Below, one piece after another: positions 21,552 to 32,659 of a DNA stretch of 64,000 nt (position 1 is the stretch's first letter; each line of letters begins with the position of its first letter). The DNA comes from an uncultured Phycisphaerales bacterium (lineage in GTDB: Bacteria; Planctomycetota; Phycisphaerae; Tepidisphaerales; Tepidisphaeraceae): the NCBI GenBank assembly GCA_963755915.1, contig CAVWLP010000002.1, positions 2,944,001 to 3,008,000 on the forward strand, written 5' to 3'. A program made the translations under genes and the position numbers. A model generated the notes under the pieces. It did no database searches, was not told where the DNA came from, and worked only from the letters and a program-made list of their open reading frames with translations.

Positions 21552-23833
21552 ATGCGCCCCGCAATCCTCTGCATCCTCGCCCTCATCTGCGCGCCTGCGC
21601 ACGCGCCGCCACCCCCGGCGAAGTCCAAAACGCCATTGACAAGGCCGAGCAGTACATTCTCTCCCACCAGAAAGACGGCAACTGGGAAGTCTCCAAAAAA
21701 CAAAAACGCACCTCGCCCGCCCAAAACGTCCCCGGCGCCATCACCGCCACCGCCGCCTACGCCCTCCTCGTCGCCGGCGAACCCCCCGACAACCCGAAAT
21801 TGTCCGCTGCCATCACCTACCTCCAATCCAACAATTTCACCAGCGTCTTCACCCTCGGCATGCGCTGCCAGGTCTGGCGAATGCTCCTCCCCAACGACCA
21901 GATCAAATCCGCCCTCCGCCAAGACGGCCAAACCCTGGAAAAAAGCATCTCCACCGACGGCATGTACGACGCCGACCTCGCCGCACCCATGAATCCCCCC
22001 GATCACGCCGTCAGCCAATACGGTCCCCTCGGCGTCTGGACCTGCTCCGAAGAAGGAATGGAAATCCCCACCTCCTACTGGCAAACCGTCAGCGACGGCT
22101 GGCGCACCGCTCAGCAGCACGCTGGTAACTGGAACTACAGCCGCAATAACCAATCCTCCCAAACCATCCCCATGACCGCCGCCGGCGTTGCAACCCTCTT
22201 CCTCGCCCAGGACGCTCTCGCCGCAGGCATCAGCCCCTCCTGCAAAGGCAATAGCTCCGACCCCGATATCGACCGCGGCCTCACCTGGCTCGGCGAACAC
22301 TATTCCGAAGTCTTCAAATCCTCCTATCGCTATTACACCCTCTACTCCATCGAAGAACTCGGCGCCGCCTGCGGTCGAAAATTCTTCGGAACCACCGATT
22401 GGTACGCCCAGGGCGCAGACTATCTCGTCCGCATCCAAAAACCCGACGGCTCCTGGAATTCCAACGTCGCCGACACCTCCTTCGCCATCCTCTTCCTAAC
22501 CCGCGGCCGCGCCCCCGTCGGCATGAACAAGTTGGAATATTTCACCGCGTCCGACCCAGACTCCGGCGACGACCACCCCGTCCAGGCCGACTGGAACCAG
22601 CGCCCGCGCGACCTCGCCAACTTCAACCGCTGGATGGGAAAACAGGTCGAGCTCGACCGCCTCCTCAACTGGCAGGTCGTCAACCTCAGCGGCGACCCCG
22701 CCGACCTCCACGACGCCTCCATCCTCTATATCACCGGCGACAAAGCCCTCACCCTCGCCGACTCCGACAAACAAAAAATCAAAACCTTCATCCAGCAGGG
22801 CGGCATGGTCCTCTTCAACGCCGACTGCGGCAGCACCGCTTTCTCCGACTCCGTCAAACACCTCGCCGCCGAGCTCTTCCCCCAGATCGGCGAATTCCGC
22901 GAGCTCCCCATCGATCACTGCATCCTCAAAAACGAGCAATTCCTCGGCTCCGACTGGACCAACCCGCCCACCATTCTCGGCCTGAGTAACGGCGTGCGCG
23001 AGCTCATGATCCTCCTCCCCAAAGCCGATGCCTCCCGCGCCTGGCAAGCCCAACTCACCTCCTCAAAAGAAGAACTCTTCGAGCTCGGCGCCGACCTTCT
23101 CCTCTACGCCTCCGACAAACAAAACATCCGCGAAAAAGGCGACTCCTTCATCGTCCAGCCCAGCTCCCGCATCCAGGCAACCCGCACCATGAAAATCGCC
23201 CGCATCCAATACGACGGCATGTGGGACCCCGAACCCGGCGGCTGGCAACGCATGGCCGCCATCATGCACAACCGCGACCAGCTCGACATCGATGTCAAGC
23301 CCCTCAAGCTCGATCCCACCACCGACATGACCGACTATAAAATCGCCGTCCTCACCGGCTCAGGACACGTCAAGCTCAGCATCGACCAGTGGATTCAGCT
23401 CCACTCCTTCGTAGAAAACGGCGGCACTCTCATCGTCGACGCCGCCGGTGGCTCCCAAACCTTCAACGACGACATCCTCCCCCAGCTCCAAACCACTTTC
23501 TTCAACCAGGCGACTCAACTCGATCAGCCCCTCCGCCCCGGCCACATCCTTTACACCGAAATCGGCAGCAAGATCGACCAGGTCGCCTACCGCACCTTCG
23601 CCCGCCACGCGTTGAATGCCGATGATCTAACCGTCCCCAGAATCCGCGGCATAAAAATCGACCGCCGAATCGCTGTCTTCTTTAGCCCCGAAGACATCAT
23701 CGCCGGCCTGGTCGGTGAACCCGTCGACGGCATCATCGGCTACGACCCCGACTCCGCCACCACCCTAATGGAACACATGATCCTCTACGCCGAATCCGGC
23801 GGAAAACCCACCAACACCAATACCGGCGGCTAA
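21552..23833 (+). CDS. Secreted protein with prenyltransferase/squalene-cyclase-like repeats and two DUF4159-like domains; frameshift near 21610
   Basis: QKDGNW/QKPDGSW repeats, MTAAGVATL, WNQRPRD, FIQQGG and FVENGGTL. Confidence 0.7.
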
Positions 23834-23914
23834 GTAACCCGGTATATCCCCCGTATCCCGTGTAGCCGGCGAGCTTGCTCGCCGCTCCGCCCTTTTAAAA
23901 ATCACAAACCAATT

Positions 23915-24364
23915 TCAATTCCCACTCCCTCCCCCCGGCGAACCTCCCCCTCCCGCACTCGTCTCAAACACCAGCAGATACGGCACCGCCGAATTCCCGC
24001 TCGTATCCTTGAAGTTCCCGAAATTACCGCTGTTCAGCCAGATCGCATACGTCTTCCGCGGCTCCAATTTCACCGGCAACACGCACGTCCTCTCATCCGC
24101 CAGATAATGCGGCCTCCCCGTCATCTGCGGAAACGTATTCGTCCCCCACGTCGACCACGACCAGCTCTTATCCGTCATATCCTTGCTATACGTCACCGAA
24201 ATCTGCGCCAGCGACGGATCCACATCATCCCTCCCAGCCTCCGGCGTCGTACGCACCACCACCGGCGGGGCGGTCGCCAAACTCACCACCACCTGGTCCC
24301 CCTGTGCCGCCCCCATCAACCCCAACAACCCAAGCCCAACTAGAAACGCACGAATTTTGGTCAT
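23915..24364 (-). CDS. Secreted Ig-like (Big_5/SbsA) domain protein
   Basis: Signal peptide; PPVVVRTTPEAG...ISVTYSKDM...LEPRKTYAIWLN. Confidence 0.7.
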   Translation of the reverse strand: MTKIRAFLVGLGLLGLMGAAQGDQVVVSLATAPPVVVRTTPEAGRDDVDPSLAQISVTYSKDMTDKSWSWSTWGTNTFPQMTGRPHYLADERTCVLPVKLEPRKTYAIWLNSGNFGNFKDTSGNSAVPYLLVFETSAGGGGSPGGGSGN

Positions 24365-24523
24365 AATTTCTCCGCAATAAGCTCCACCATTGTACCCGCC
24401 GTCCCCAAAAATTCGCCTTCGATCCCCTCCCCTGGTACCCCGGGGCTAGGGTGGGGGCTCGTCCGCAGTGGGGGGTGTTACGCCCTTGACGCCCGCCCCT
24501 CCCCACCACAACAATATCTCATC

Positions 24524-24874
24524 GTGCTCCGTTACCCCGCTCTACTCCTCCTGACCTTCTTCTTTCTGATCGGCACCGGCCCCTTCGACCGCGCCCACGC
24601 CGCCGAGGTTCAGCGCGAACTAGACGCCATCCCCGCTCCGCGTCTCCCCGCCAACTCCCCCCTGAAAAAACTCCCCCAGCGTTTTCCCGTCCACGACCCC
24701 GCCACCTGCTCCGTCTGCATCGCCATCCACTCCGCGACCACTATCGATTCCTCAACCGCTCCCACAATCTCCCCCCTCACGATGACCGGCCGGATCACCA
24801 TAGATCCCCCGTCATCACTCACGCTAGCAACTCTCATCACCGAACAATCCCGCCCCCGCCCACCCGCTGACTGA
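24524..24874 (+). CDS. Small exported H..CxxC protein (DUF2946-like)
   Basis: Signal peptide, HDPATCSVCIAIH, C-terminal RPRPP. Confidence 0.5.
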   Translation: MLRYPALLLLTFFFLIGTGPFDRAHAAEVQRELDAIPAPRLPANSPLKKLPQRFPVHDPATCSVCIAIHSATTIDSSTAPTISPLTMTGRITIDPPSSLTLATLITEQSRPRPPAD

Positions 24875-24908
24875 TCCTCCCGCAACCAGTTTAGTTCCGC
24901 TTACTCCC

Positions 24909-24939
24909 GAAACGCCCACGGCGCCGCCGTGGGGAATTC
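24909..24939 (+). repeat. Palindromic repeat family D (GAAACGCCCACGGCGCCGCCGTGGGGCATT), copy 1 of 5
   Basis: Near-identical co-oriented copies at 33888-33917, 48681-48711, 52021-52051 and 55556-55586. Confidence 0.92.
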
Positions 24940-25000
24940 CAACTTCGGCGCACGGCGCAAAAAAATCCGCCGCGCACTTTCCATCACCACAGGAACCCAG

Positions 25001-25729
25001 ATGGGCCTCCTCATCCATAAACTCAAAAAAACCTACCACGCCCCCGACGGCTCCGCCGTCCCCGTCATCGACCTCCCGGAACTCTATCTCGCCGACGGCG
25101 AGCAGGTCGCCCTCATCGGAACCAGCGGCTCCGGCAAAACAACCCTCCTCCACATGATCGCCGGAATCCTCACCCCCGATTCCGGCAACGTCGTCTTCGA
25201 CTACGACCCCGCTCGCCCCGACTCCCCCGATTCCGTTGACCTCACCATGCTCTTCGAAGCAGAACGCGATGTCTTCCGTGGCCGAAACATCGGCTACATC
25301 TTCCAGACCCACCACCTCCTCTCCGGCTTCACCGCCCTGGAAAACGTCCTCCTCGGTATGACCTTCACCGGCCGCGCACACGACAAGAATTGGGCCCAGC
25401 ACCTCCTCCAGGAAGTCGGCCTCGCCCAGCGCCTCCATTACCGCCCGCAAAAATTATCCGTCGGCCAGCAGCAGCGCGTCGCCGTCGCCCGCGCTCTCGC
25501 CAATCGCCCCAAGCTCGTCCTTGCCGATGAGCCCACCGGCGCGCTCGACTCGGCTAACGCCCAGCAGGTCCTGGATCTCATCCGCAGGCTTTGCACGGAA
25601 GTCGGCTCTTCGCTGCTGCTCGTCAGTCACGACCTCAACATCGCCCGCCAGCTTCCGCGCGTTGTAACCCTCAGCGAAATCAATCTGGCAATGCCCCGGC
25701 CACTGGCCGAGGAAGCTTCAGCGAGGTAA
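25001..25729 (+). CDS. ABC transporter ATP-binding protein (LolD/MacB-like)
   Basis: GTSGSGKTT, IGYIFQ, LSVGQQQRVAVARAL, LADEPTGALD. Confidence 0.93.
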   Translation: MGLLIHKLKKTYHAPDGSAVPVIDLPELYLADGEQVALIGTSGSGKTTLLHMIAGILTPDSGNVVFDYDPARPDSPDSVDLTMLFEAERDVFRGRNIGYIFQTHHLLSGFTALENVLLGMTFTGRAHDKNWAQHLLQEVGLAQRLHYRPQKLSVGQQQRVAVARALANRPKLVLADEPTGALDSANAQQVLDLIRRLCTEVGSSLLLVSHDLNIARQLPRVVTLSEINLAMPRPLAEEASAR

Positions 25730-25736
25730 CCCAACC

Positions 25737-27185
25737 ATGAATTATTTCCAGCTCGTCTTCAAACAAATGCGCCAGCGGGCCCTCTCCACCTGGCTCACCA
25801 CCCTCTCCGTCATGCTGGGCGTCGCCCTCGCCGTCGCCATCATGGTCCTCGGCCGCGAAAGCGAAAATCTCTTCGGCCAAAGTGACTACGGCTACGACGC
25901 CATCATTGGCAAGAAAGGCTCGCCCCTCGAGCTCGTCCTCAACACCGTCTATCACCTCGACGTCAGCCCGGGCAACATCTCCTACGACCAGTACACCCGC
26001 CTGCTCAATCCCCATCTCCCCAAAGGCGTCCCCTATCCGCCGGACAATTATTTCAAATACGTCAAAATCGCCGTCCCCACCTGCGTCGGCGACACCCTCA
26101 ACGGCATCTACCGCATCATCGGCACGCCCCCCGTCTTTTTCGGGTACGACAACGACGGCAACCGCCTGCCCGATGATGACTGGCTCGACTACCGCCCCGG
26201 CAAAAAACTCCAGATCGCGCAGGGGAAGGTCTATGCCTTCAACAAGTTTGAAACCGTCGTCGGTAGCGAAATCCCCCGCCTCACCGGTTACAAGATCGGC
26301 GACACGATCCAGGCCTCCCACGGCATGACCGCCCCTGGAATTCCCCCCGAAAAACACGTACAGACCTGGACCATCGTCGGCATCCTCGCCCCCACCCACA
26401 CGGCCATCGATCGCTGCGTCTATATCCCCCTCGAAAGCTTTTACACCATTCCCGCCCACAGCGCCGGAATGGCCGTCCATGCGGCTCTTCGCGCCGGTCA
26501 AGCCATCCCCAATACCTTCGCCAATGACACCGATTCCGAAACCCACATCCCCGACAAAAACGGCATCGAGCACTACACCAACTACGACCTGAACACCAGG
26601 GACGGCACATTCCATCTCACCATCAGCCCCGACATCTGGGAAATCTCCGCGATCCTCGTCCAATCCCGCGGAGGCGCCACCGAGCAGCAGCTCGAATACG
26701 CCCTCAACAACGGCACCGACGTCATGGCCGTCAACCCCGCCTCCGTCATGCGCGGGTTCTTCGACACCTTCCTCGAGCCCTCCCGCGTCGTCCTCCTCAT
26801 CGTCTGCTCCCTGGTCACCATCGTAGCCGCGGTCGGAATCCTCGTGAGCATCTACAACTCCGTCTCCGCCCGCCTCAAGGAAATCGCCATCCTCCGCGCC
26901 CTCGGCGCCACCCGCAGTACCATCCTCACCCTCATCTGCCTTGAAGCCGGCCTCGTCGCCCTCATCGGATCGATCCTCGGTGTCGCCCTCGGCCACGCCG
27001 TCAACGCCGCCGGAGCCTGGTACATGATGCAAAACTACGGCGAAGTCCTCGGCTTTAACCCCATCGAATACCTCTACGAAGCCTATTACGTGGTAGCAGT
27101 CGTGATCCTGGCCACCATCGCCGGCCTCGTCCCCGCTCTCAAGGCCTACCGCACCTCCGTCGCAACGAATTTGGTAGCCACATGA
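25737..27185 (+). CDS. ABC transporter permease (MacB/FtsX family)
   Basis: N-terminal TM, GKKGSPLELVLN, RLKEIAILRALGA, PALKAYR. Confidence 0.9.
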   Translation: MNYFQLVFKQMRQRALSTWLTTLSVMLGVALAVAIMVLGRESENLFGQSDYGYDAIIGKKGSPLELVLNTVYHLDVSPGNISYDQYTRLLNPHLPKGVPYPPDNYFKYVKIAVPTCVGDTLNGIYRIIGTPPVFFGYDNDGNRLPDDDWLDYRPGKKLQIAQGKVYAFNKFETVVGSEIPRLTGYKIGDTIQASHGMTAPGIPPEKHVQTWTIVGILAPTHTAIDRCVYIPLESFYTIPAHSAGMAVHAALRAGQAIPNTFANDTDSETHIPDKNGIEHYTNYDLNTRDGTFHLTISPDIWEISAILVQSRGGATEQQLEYALNNGTDVMAVNPASVMRGFFDTFLEPSRVVLLIVCSLVTIVAAVGILVSIYNSVSARLKEIAILRALGATRSTILTLICLEAGLVALIGSILGVALGHAVNAAGAWYMMQNYGEVLGFNPIEYLYEAYYVVAVVILATIAGLVPALKAYRTSVATNLVAT

Positions 27186-27679
27186 TTCCCTCCTGGCGAA
27201 CCCTCGCCCTGATCGCCACCGCAGTCTTCCTCTTCGGCTACCCCATCTTCGAGTACGCCGACATCTGGTTGACCGGTGGCATCACCCACCAGGGAAATCT
27301 CCTCGTCGTCGACCTCAAGGCCCTCTCCAGCTTCGAGATGGACCAGGACAACGGCACCGACAACGACATTCCCCAGCGCTACCGACAGCTCGACGGCAAA
27401 AAAGTCCTCCTCATCGGCCAGATGTACAACCCCTACGCCGCCGACGACGGCCAGGTCCGCGTCTTCACCCTCGTCTATTCCATCTCCAACTGCTGCTTCA
27501 ACGGCCCCCCCAAAGTCCAGCATTTCATCCAGGCAACGGTCCCCCCCGGAAAAAACGTCAGCGACTCCACCGGCGATTTCGTAAACGTCATCGGCACGTT
27601 GCACGTAGGCGTCCAATCCTCCGAAGGCCACGTACAAAGCGTCTACCGCATCGACGTAGACACCGTCTCCAAAAACTAA
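27182..27679 (+). CDS. DUF3299-like periplasmic OB-fold protein
   Basis: LDGKKV.LIG.M, CCFNGPP, V.GTL; ATGA overlap with the permease. Confidence 0.7.
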   Translation: MIPSWRTLALIATAVFLFGYPIFEYADIWLTGGITHQGNLLVVDLKALSSFEMDQDNGTDNDIPQRYRQLDGKKVLLIGQMYNPYAADDGQVRVFTLVYSISNCCFNGPPKVQHFIQATVPPGKNVSDSTGDFVNVIGTLHVGVQSSEGHVQSVYRIDVDTVSKN

Positions 27680-27695
27680 CCCCCATCCCCTCCCC

Positions 27696-27720
27696 GTTTA
27701 GCGGCCGCGTTTACGCGGCG
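27696..27720 (+). repeat. GTTTAG-type REP-like hairpin family E1 (GTTTAGCGGCCGCGTTTACGCGGCG)
   Basis: Identical copies at 41315-41339 and 45937-45961. Confidence 0.9.
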
Positions 27721-27737
27721 TCCCCCCCGGAATCCCT

Positions 27738-29449
27738 TCACTTCCCCAACTTCTTCAACCCCGGATCCAACTCATACGCCATGGAAAGCTCCACTCTCCC
27801 CAAACTCTTGTCCCCAAACCTAAGTTCCCACATCCCTAGCTCAAAATGCCCATTCGCATCCTCCGGATTGCTCTTAACGACTGCCTCAAACCACTTCCTC
27901 CCCGCATCCCTAAACGCCGGATTTTTCTCCTTCACCCCCAGCATCTCCAGCGCGATCCCATAGTTCACCATGATCTGCGGATCATGAATCTCCGCCTCGA
28001 TATCCACCCGCAGATGTTTCTCCGCCTCCCAGTAATCCCCCCGGTGCAGCAAAATCACGCCCAAATTGTCATTCGCCGTCCAGTCCCCCGGATTACACGC
28101 CAGCGCCACCTCATATTCCGCGACCGCATTATCCGTCTGGCCCATCTTTTCATACGCCACCCCCAGCCCCGAGTGCGCCACCGATGATTTCGGATTCGTC
28201 CGTTCCCACTGCCCATCAAACGCAAGGTCATTGAAATAATACTGTGCCCGCCCAAACGAGATCGCCCCCATCCCCAAAACCCACAAGACTGCCGCCACCG
28301 CACAAGCCCCAATCGCCCGCGGCTTCTTAACCCGCGAAACCACCCCCGCAACCACCGCCGCGAACCCCACCCCCGCCAGCGCCACATACCTCTCCGAATA
28401 CCCCGCCTCCTGTTCCGCCACCAGGTGCCCGTCGGAAGCTGCATCAAAACAAACCACGCCCCCCAGAAAACTCCCGCCCGCCAAATCCCCACCCTCCACA
28501 CCGCCACAACCATCCCCACCCCAAAAATCCCCGCCACCACCACCCTCCACAAAGAAAACCAAACCTCCACCGGCGGCTCATACCGCAACTCCCCAAACGG
28601 TAACACCACCGTCTGCACCCCATACAAAATCGACAACCACACATCCCCCGGATGCTCCCAAAAATCCAGATGAATCGACCTCCCCGAAAAAATAAAATGC
28701 CGCAACCCAAAATATCCCGCGAGGACCAAAACAATCACACCCCACCGAACTCCCCCGTTTAGCCGCGACCCGAAGGGAAGCGCTTCTCTTTTTCGCAAAA
28801 CCAAATCCCCCAAAAAAAACATCCCCCCCAAAACCACCGCCTGCTCCTTGGACAATAACCCCAGCACAAAAACAAACATCGCCCCCGCAAACCATCCCCA
28901 CCCGCTTTTCAAATACATCCACATCCCCAGTGGAATAAAAAACATCGGCATCAACGATTCCCTCCCCGACGCCGCCGGATACACACACTCGCTCGTCGCC
29001 GGATGCAGCGCCACCCAAAGCGCCCCCAACCCCGCCGCAAAAAATCCAATCCCAAACTCCCCACTCCTAAGCAGCAGATAAACCGCGACAAACACTAGCC
29101 CCGCCAACCCCGCATTAAAAACATGAAACCCCCGCGGCTCCGCACCCCAAACCCCGCGCTGAATCGCCAGCGTCGCCCTCGTCACCGGCCGGTAATAAAG
29201 AAAATTCAAATAATGCGGCTGCCCAAACAACCCCGCCAATTCCCGCCCGCTCACCTTCGCCGGCAGATCCTCAATCACAATATGATCATCAAACACAAAC
29301 TGATTGTTCCACGACGCCCACGCATAAAACACCGCTACCCCCACCCCAATCACCCCCACAAACACCATCTCCCGCCACCGTCTTGCCCCCTCTCCCGGTA
29401 CTCCGGGAGAGGGCTGGGGTGAGGGCCGTGAAAGAATTCGAGGCCACAT
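27738..29449 (-). CDS. TMTC-like GT-C membrane glycosyltransferase with C-terminal TPRs; frameshift near 28430, start uncertain
   Basis: FVFDD, YYRPV, FHVFN, LHPATSECV...GR and LLSKEQAV; second frame has SERY then TPRs. Confidence 0.75.
28757..28784 (+). repeat. GTTTAG-type REP-like family E2 (GTTTAGCCGCGNCCCGNAGGGNAGC), here inside a CDS
   Basis: Other copies at 33822-33847, 51602-51629 and 60712-60736. Confidence 0.85.
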
Positions 29450-29468
29450 GCGATCGCCCAACACTCCC

Positions 29469-29502
29469 AAGTGCCGCCGGTGTCCTCACCGGCGGAATCC
29501 CC
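29469..29502 (+). repeat. 34-bp palindromic repeat family G (AAGTGCCGCCGGTGTCCTCACCGGCGGAATCCCC)
   Basis: Identical copy at 58948-58981. Confidence 0.9.
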
Positions 29503-29513
29503 AGTCCCAGCCC

Positions 29514-30954
29514 CTACCCTCCCGCCCCAGGGTTCGCATTCTCCTGTGGCGGCTGAATATTCACCGTCTGCTGCTTCCCATCCAACCGCGTCACCTCCAG
29601 CACCACCGGCTCATCCGCATGATCCTTCCGAAAATCCACATAATCCTTCTTAAACTCATCCAGCCCGCTCACCGGCTTCCCATTCATCTGCGTAATCAAA
29701 TCGTTCATCCCCAAATGTGCCGCCTGCGCCGCCGCCTCTGGCCGAAGCAGCGCCACCACCACCCCCTCCGTATCCGCCGGAATATGCCGGTAATACGTAT
29801 CCCCAAACGTCACCTCTCTCACCACAAACCCCAGCTCCCGCGCATAAAACCGCCGCACTTCCTGCGGCTCCTTCGGACGCGCCTCCAGCGTCACCACCAC
29901 CTGCCGCGGCGTATCTCCCTTCCCCCGCGTGACGGTGAACGTGACTTTGTCTCCCACGTTCATCCGCTGAATCTTCCGCGTCACAATCTCCGGCAGCTCC
30001 ACCGGCAAATCCCCGCGCTCGATCGGCTTCCCGTCGATCTGCGTGATGATGTCCAGCTTCGTCAACCCGGCCTTCGCCGCCGGTGAATCCGGGATCACAT
30101 CCGCGATCGAAACCGACGGCACATTCTTGAGCCCAAAATACTCCGCCTCCTCCTTCTCCAGCCCAATCATCTGGCACCCAATCCACGGAATCACCAGCGG
30201 ATGATCCGGAGTAGGGGGGTCCTCGATGCTCGGCAGGAAATCGCTCGCCGGGATATAGAGCCGTGGCGGATTGCTTACCATCGGCATGTCCTCCGGATTC
30301 TCCGGATTATCCAGCAGCGCATCCGACAGCGCCCGCGGATGCACCAGCCCAATCGCCTGCCCCGCTCCATCCAGCACCACCGCTCCCGTCCCCGCCAGCT
30401 CCCCGGAAACCAATATCTGCGGCACCGGCCCCCGCAAAACCGTCGCCATCCGCGCCGTCGTCACCCAAGACTTATACCCCGCCGATTTCGGCAGCATCCC
30501 CACCGAATAAAGCCGATCTCCCACCACCGGCGTCTCCCCCACAAACTTAATCGCCTGCCACTTCACCGGACTCTCCGGCTTTACAAACGCCAGGTCCGAC
30601 CTCTCATCCCTCCCCTGAAACGTCCCATCAATCTCCGTCTCATCCTGCGTCTCACTGGGCACAATGATCTTAAACCGCTTGATCTGATCATTAGGCACCA
30701 GCGCCGGCGGCATAATCTCAATCGAAAACGCCACCAACCCATCCTCCCGCACAACAACTCCCGCCGCCGACAATTCCTGCGACCCCAGCTCGTTCTCCCA
30801 GGTATATTTCACCGCGACGAGAGACGGCTTCGCAAACTCATACATCTTCTTAACCGCCGCTGCCTCATCATCCCCGCGCCAACCCCACCGGCAGGGCGAT
30901 CAGCACCACCAATACCGCAAGCCCAGCTCTCAAAACTCCCTGAAACCTTTTCAT
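29514..30954 (-). CDS. HtrA-like trypsin fold plus 2 PDZ protein lacking catalytic His/Ser; frameshift near 30875 in the signal region
   Basis: DERSDLAFVK retained; TNxHV and GNSGG replaced (FSIEIM; ELAGTGAV); VIPDSPAAKAGL. Confidence 0.75.
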
Positions 30955-30981
30955 GCGTCTCCTGTTCAGAATTCTCTTCCC

Positions 30982-31107
30982 GCCCAACACCTTGAGGCCG
31001 CCCCGAACGTCACCAGGGCGGCCCTGTGTCATCGCAGCGGAACCGCGTTTCCATATACGAGCAACCGCATCTTCTCGTCACCAAAACCGTAACCGAAAAT
31101 ACTCTTC
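30982..31107 (+). repeat. ~125-bp repeat family A, copy 2
   Basis: GCCCAACACC...GCGGAACCGCGTTTCCATATACGAGCAACCGC...AACCGAAAATACTCTT. Confidence 0.9.
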
Positions 31108-31159
31108 ATAATGCTCGCGAACACAACAGTTACGAAACGCGACAAAAATCATTGCCACC

Positions 31160-32569
31160 CTATTCATTCCCCTCATCCGCCGGCGCATACTCCTTCACCT
31201 TCAATATCGCCGTAAACACCGCCCGATCCCGCTGCACCTCCAGCGCAACCTCATCTTCCGACTTCGCCTCGTCATACAACTTCTCAAACCCATCCATATC
31301 CGTCACCGGCTTCCCATCCACCGACAAAATCACATCCCCCGCCTGCAAATGCGCCCTCTCCACCGGCTCCCCATCCGACATGCTCGTAATCCAAACCCCC
31401 GCCACTTCATCAAGCTGATTCGCCACCGCATACGGCCTTGTCAGTTCCCGCACCGAAACCCCCCATTTCGAAAAACCCTTCTCTGCCCCCAGATATCCCT
31501 CCAGCCGCGTCGTCTTCGCCGTCAGCGTCATCGTCTCCTTCCCGCGCCTGATCAACAGCTCCACATCCCCCCCGATCGGCAGCGCCGAAATCCGCTGCCT
31601 CACCGGCGCCAGCTCCTCCGGAAATCGCACATTCGTCGGCACCCCGTTCACCGCCAATAAAATATCCTGCGCCTTCCCTCCCGCATCCTTATACGGCCCG
31701 ATCCGGTCCACGCTGTTAATCAGCACCCCCTTGTTGATGTCGATATCGTAAAAAGTCTCCAGCTCATGCATCGGCATCAGCTCAAACCCCAAATCACTTC
31801 GCTCGACAGTCCCCACTTTTCCCGGCGCTGCCGACTGCAATATCGCCCAGATCACCGGCTTCGCCGTGTCGATCGGTATCGCAAAATTCAAATTCTGCCC
31901 GCCCCCGCGCGTGTTGATCCCCACCACGTCCCCGTTCATATCCACCAGCGGCCCGCCGCTGTTCCCTGGATTAATGGGCACATCCATCTGGATCCAGTTC
32001 GAAAAATCCCCCGTCTCATACCCGTCAATATCCATGTGCGGCGAAACGTCATAAAACGTCCGGTCCGTATTCGAAACGCTCCCCCGCGTCGCCGTCCGCG
32101 CCAGCCCGTAAGGCGTCCCAAACGCCATCACATCCTGCCCCACGACCAGCTTCCCGCTCGCCCCCAGCTTCGCCGGCTCAAACGCAAATTTACCCTTCCT
32201 CACCGCGTTCATGTCCATCTGGATAATCGCCAGATCCGTCCAGTGATCGTCCCCGATCAAATGCGCCGGCACCCGCTCCTTGTCCGCCAGCGTCACATAA
32301 ATCTCAATCGCCCGCCCCGCGACGTGATAATTCGTCAAGATCCGTCCCTGCTCGTCGATGATTACCCCCGACCCATTCCCCCGCACCAAACTCTGCTTCC
32401 CATCCTTATATTCCGCCTGCGCGATATCCACCCGCACCACCGCCGGCGAAATCATCCCCGTCACGTCCGTCACCCGCCGCGGCGTCGCACCCGGATAGGG
32501 TTCAACCTCGCAGCCCGCGATTATCAGACAAACCAGCCAGGCAATATTTCGAATCAATATTCGATTCAT
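31160..32569 (-). CDS. HtrA/DegP serine protease with 2 PDZ domains, probable lipoprotein
   Basis: Catalytic triad TNYHV, TDLAII, INPGNSGGPL; lipobox IIAGC. Confidence 0.92.
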   Translation of the reverse strand: MNRILIRNIAWLVCLIIAGCEVEPYPGATPRRVTDVTGMISPAVVRVDIAQAEYKDGKQSLVRGNGSGVIIDEQGRILTNYHVAGRAIEIYVTLADKERVPAHLIGDDHWTDLAIIQMDMNAVRKGKFAFEPAKLGASGKLVVGQDVMAFGTPYGLARTATRGSVSNTDRTFYDVSPHMDIDGYETGDFSNWIQMDVPINPGNSGGPLVDMNGDVVGINTRGGGQNLNFAIPIDTAKPVIWAILQSAAPGKVGTVERSDLGFELMPMHELETFYDIDINKGVLINSVDRIGPYKDAGGKAQDILLAVNGVPTNVRFPEELAPVRQRISALPIGGDVELLIRRGKETMTLTAKTTRLEGYLGAEKGFSKWGVSVRELTRPYAVANQLDEVAGVWITSMSDGEPVERAHLQAGDVILSVDGKPVTDMDGFEKLYDEAKSEDEVALEVQRDRAVFTAILKVKEYAPADEGNE

Positions 32570-32659
32570 TGAAAAAGTTGTGGATAACATGCGCGAAGCC
32601 TGTCGATGCCGCAACCCTCCTGCGAAAGATTTCCTCTCTTCCGCTACATTCCCACCCCT

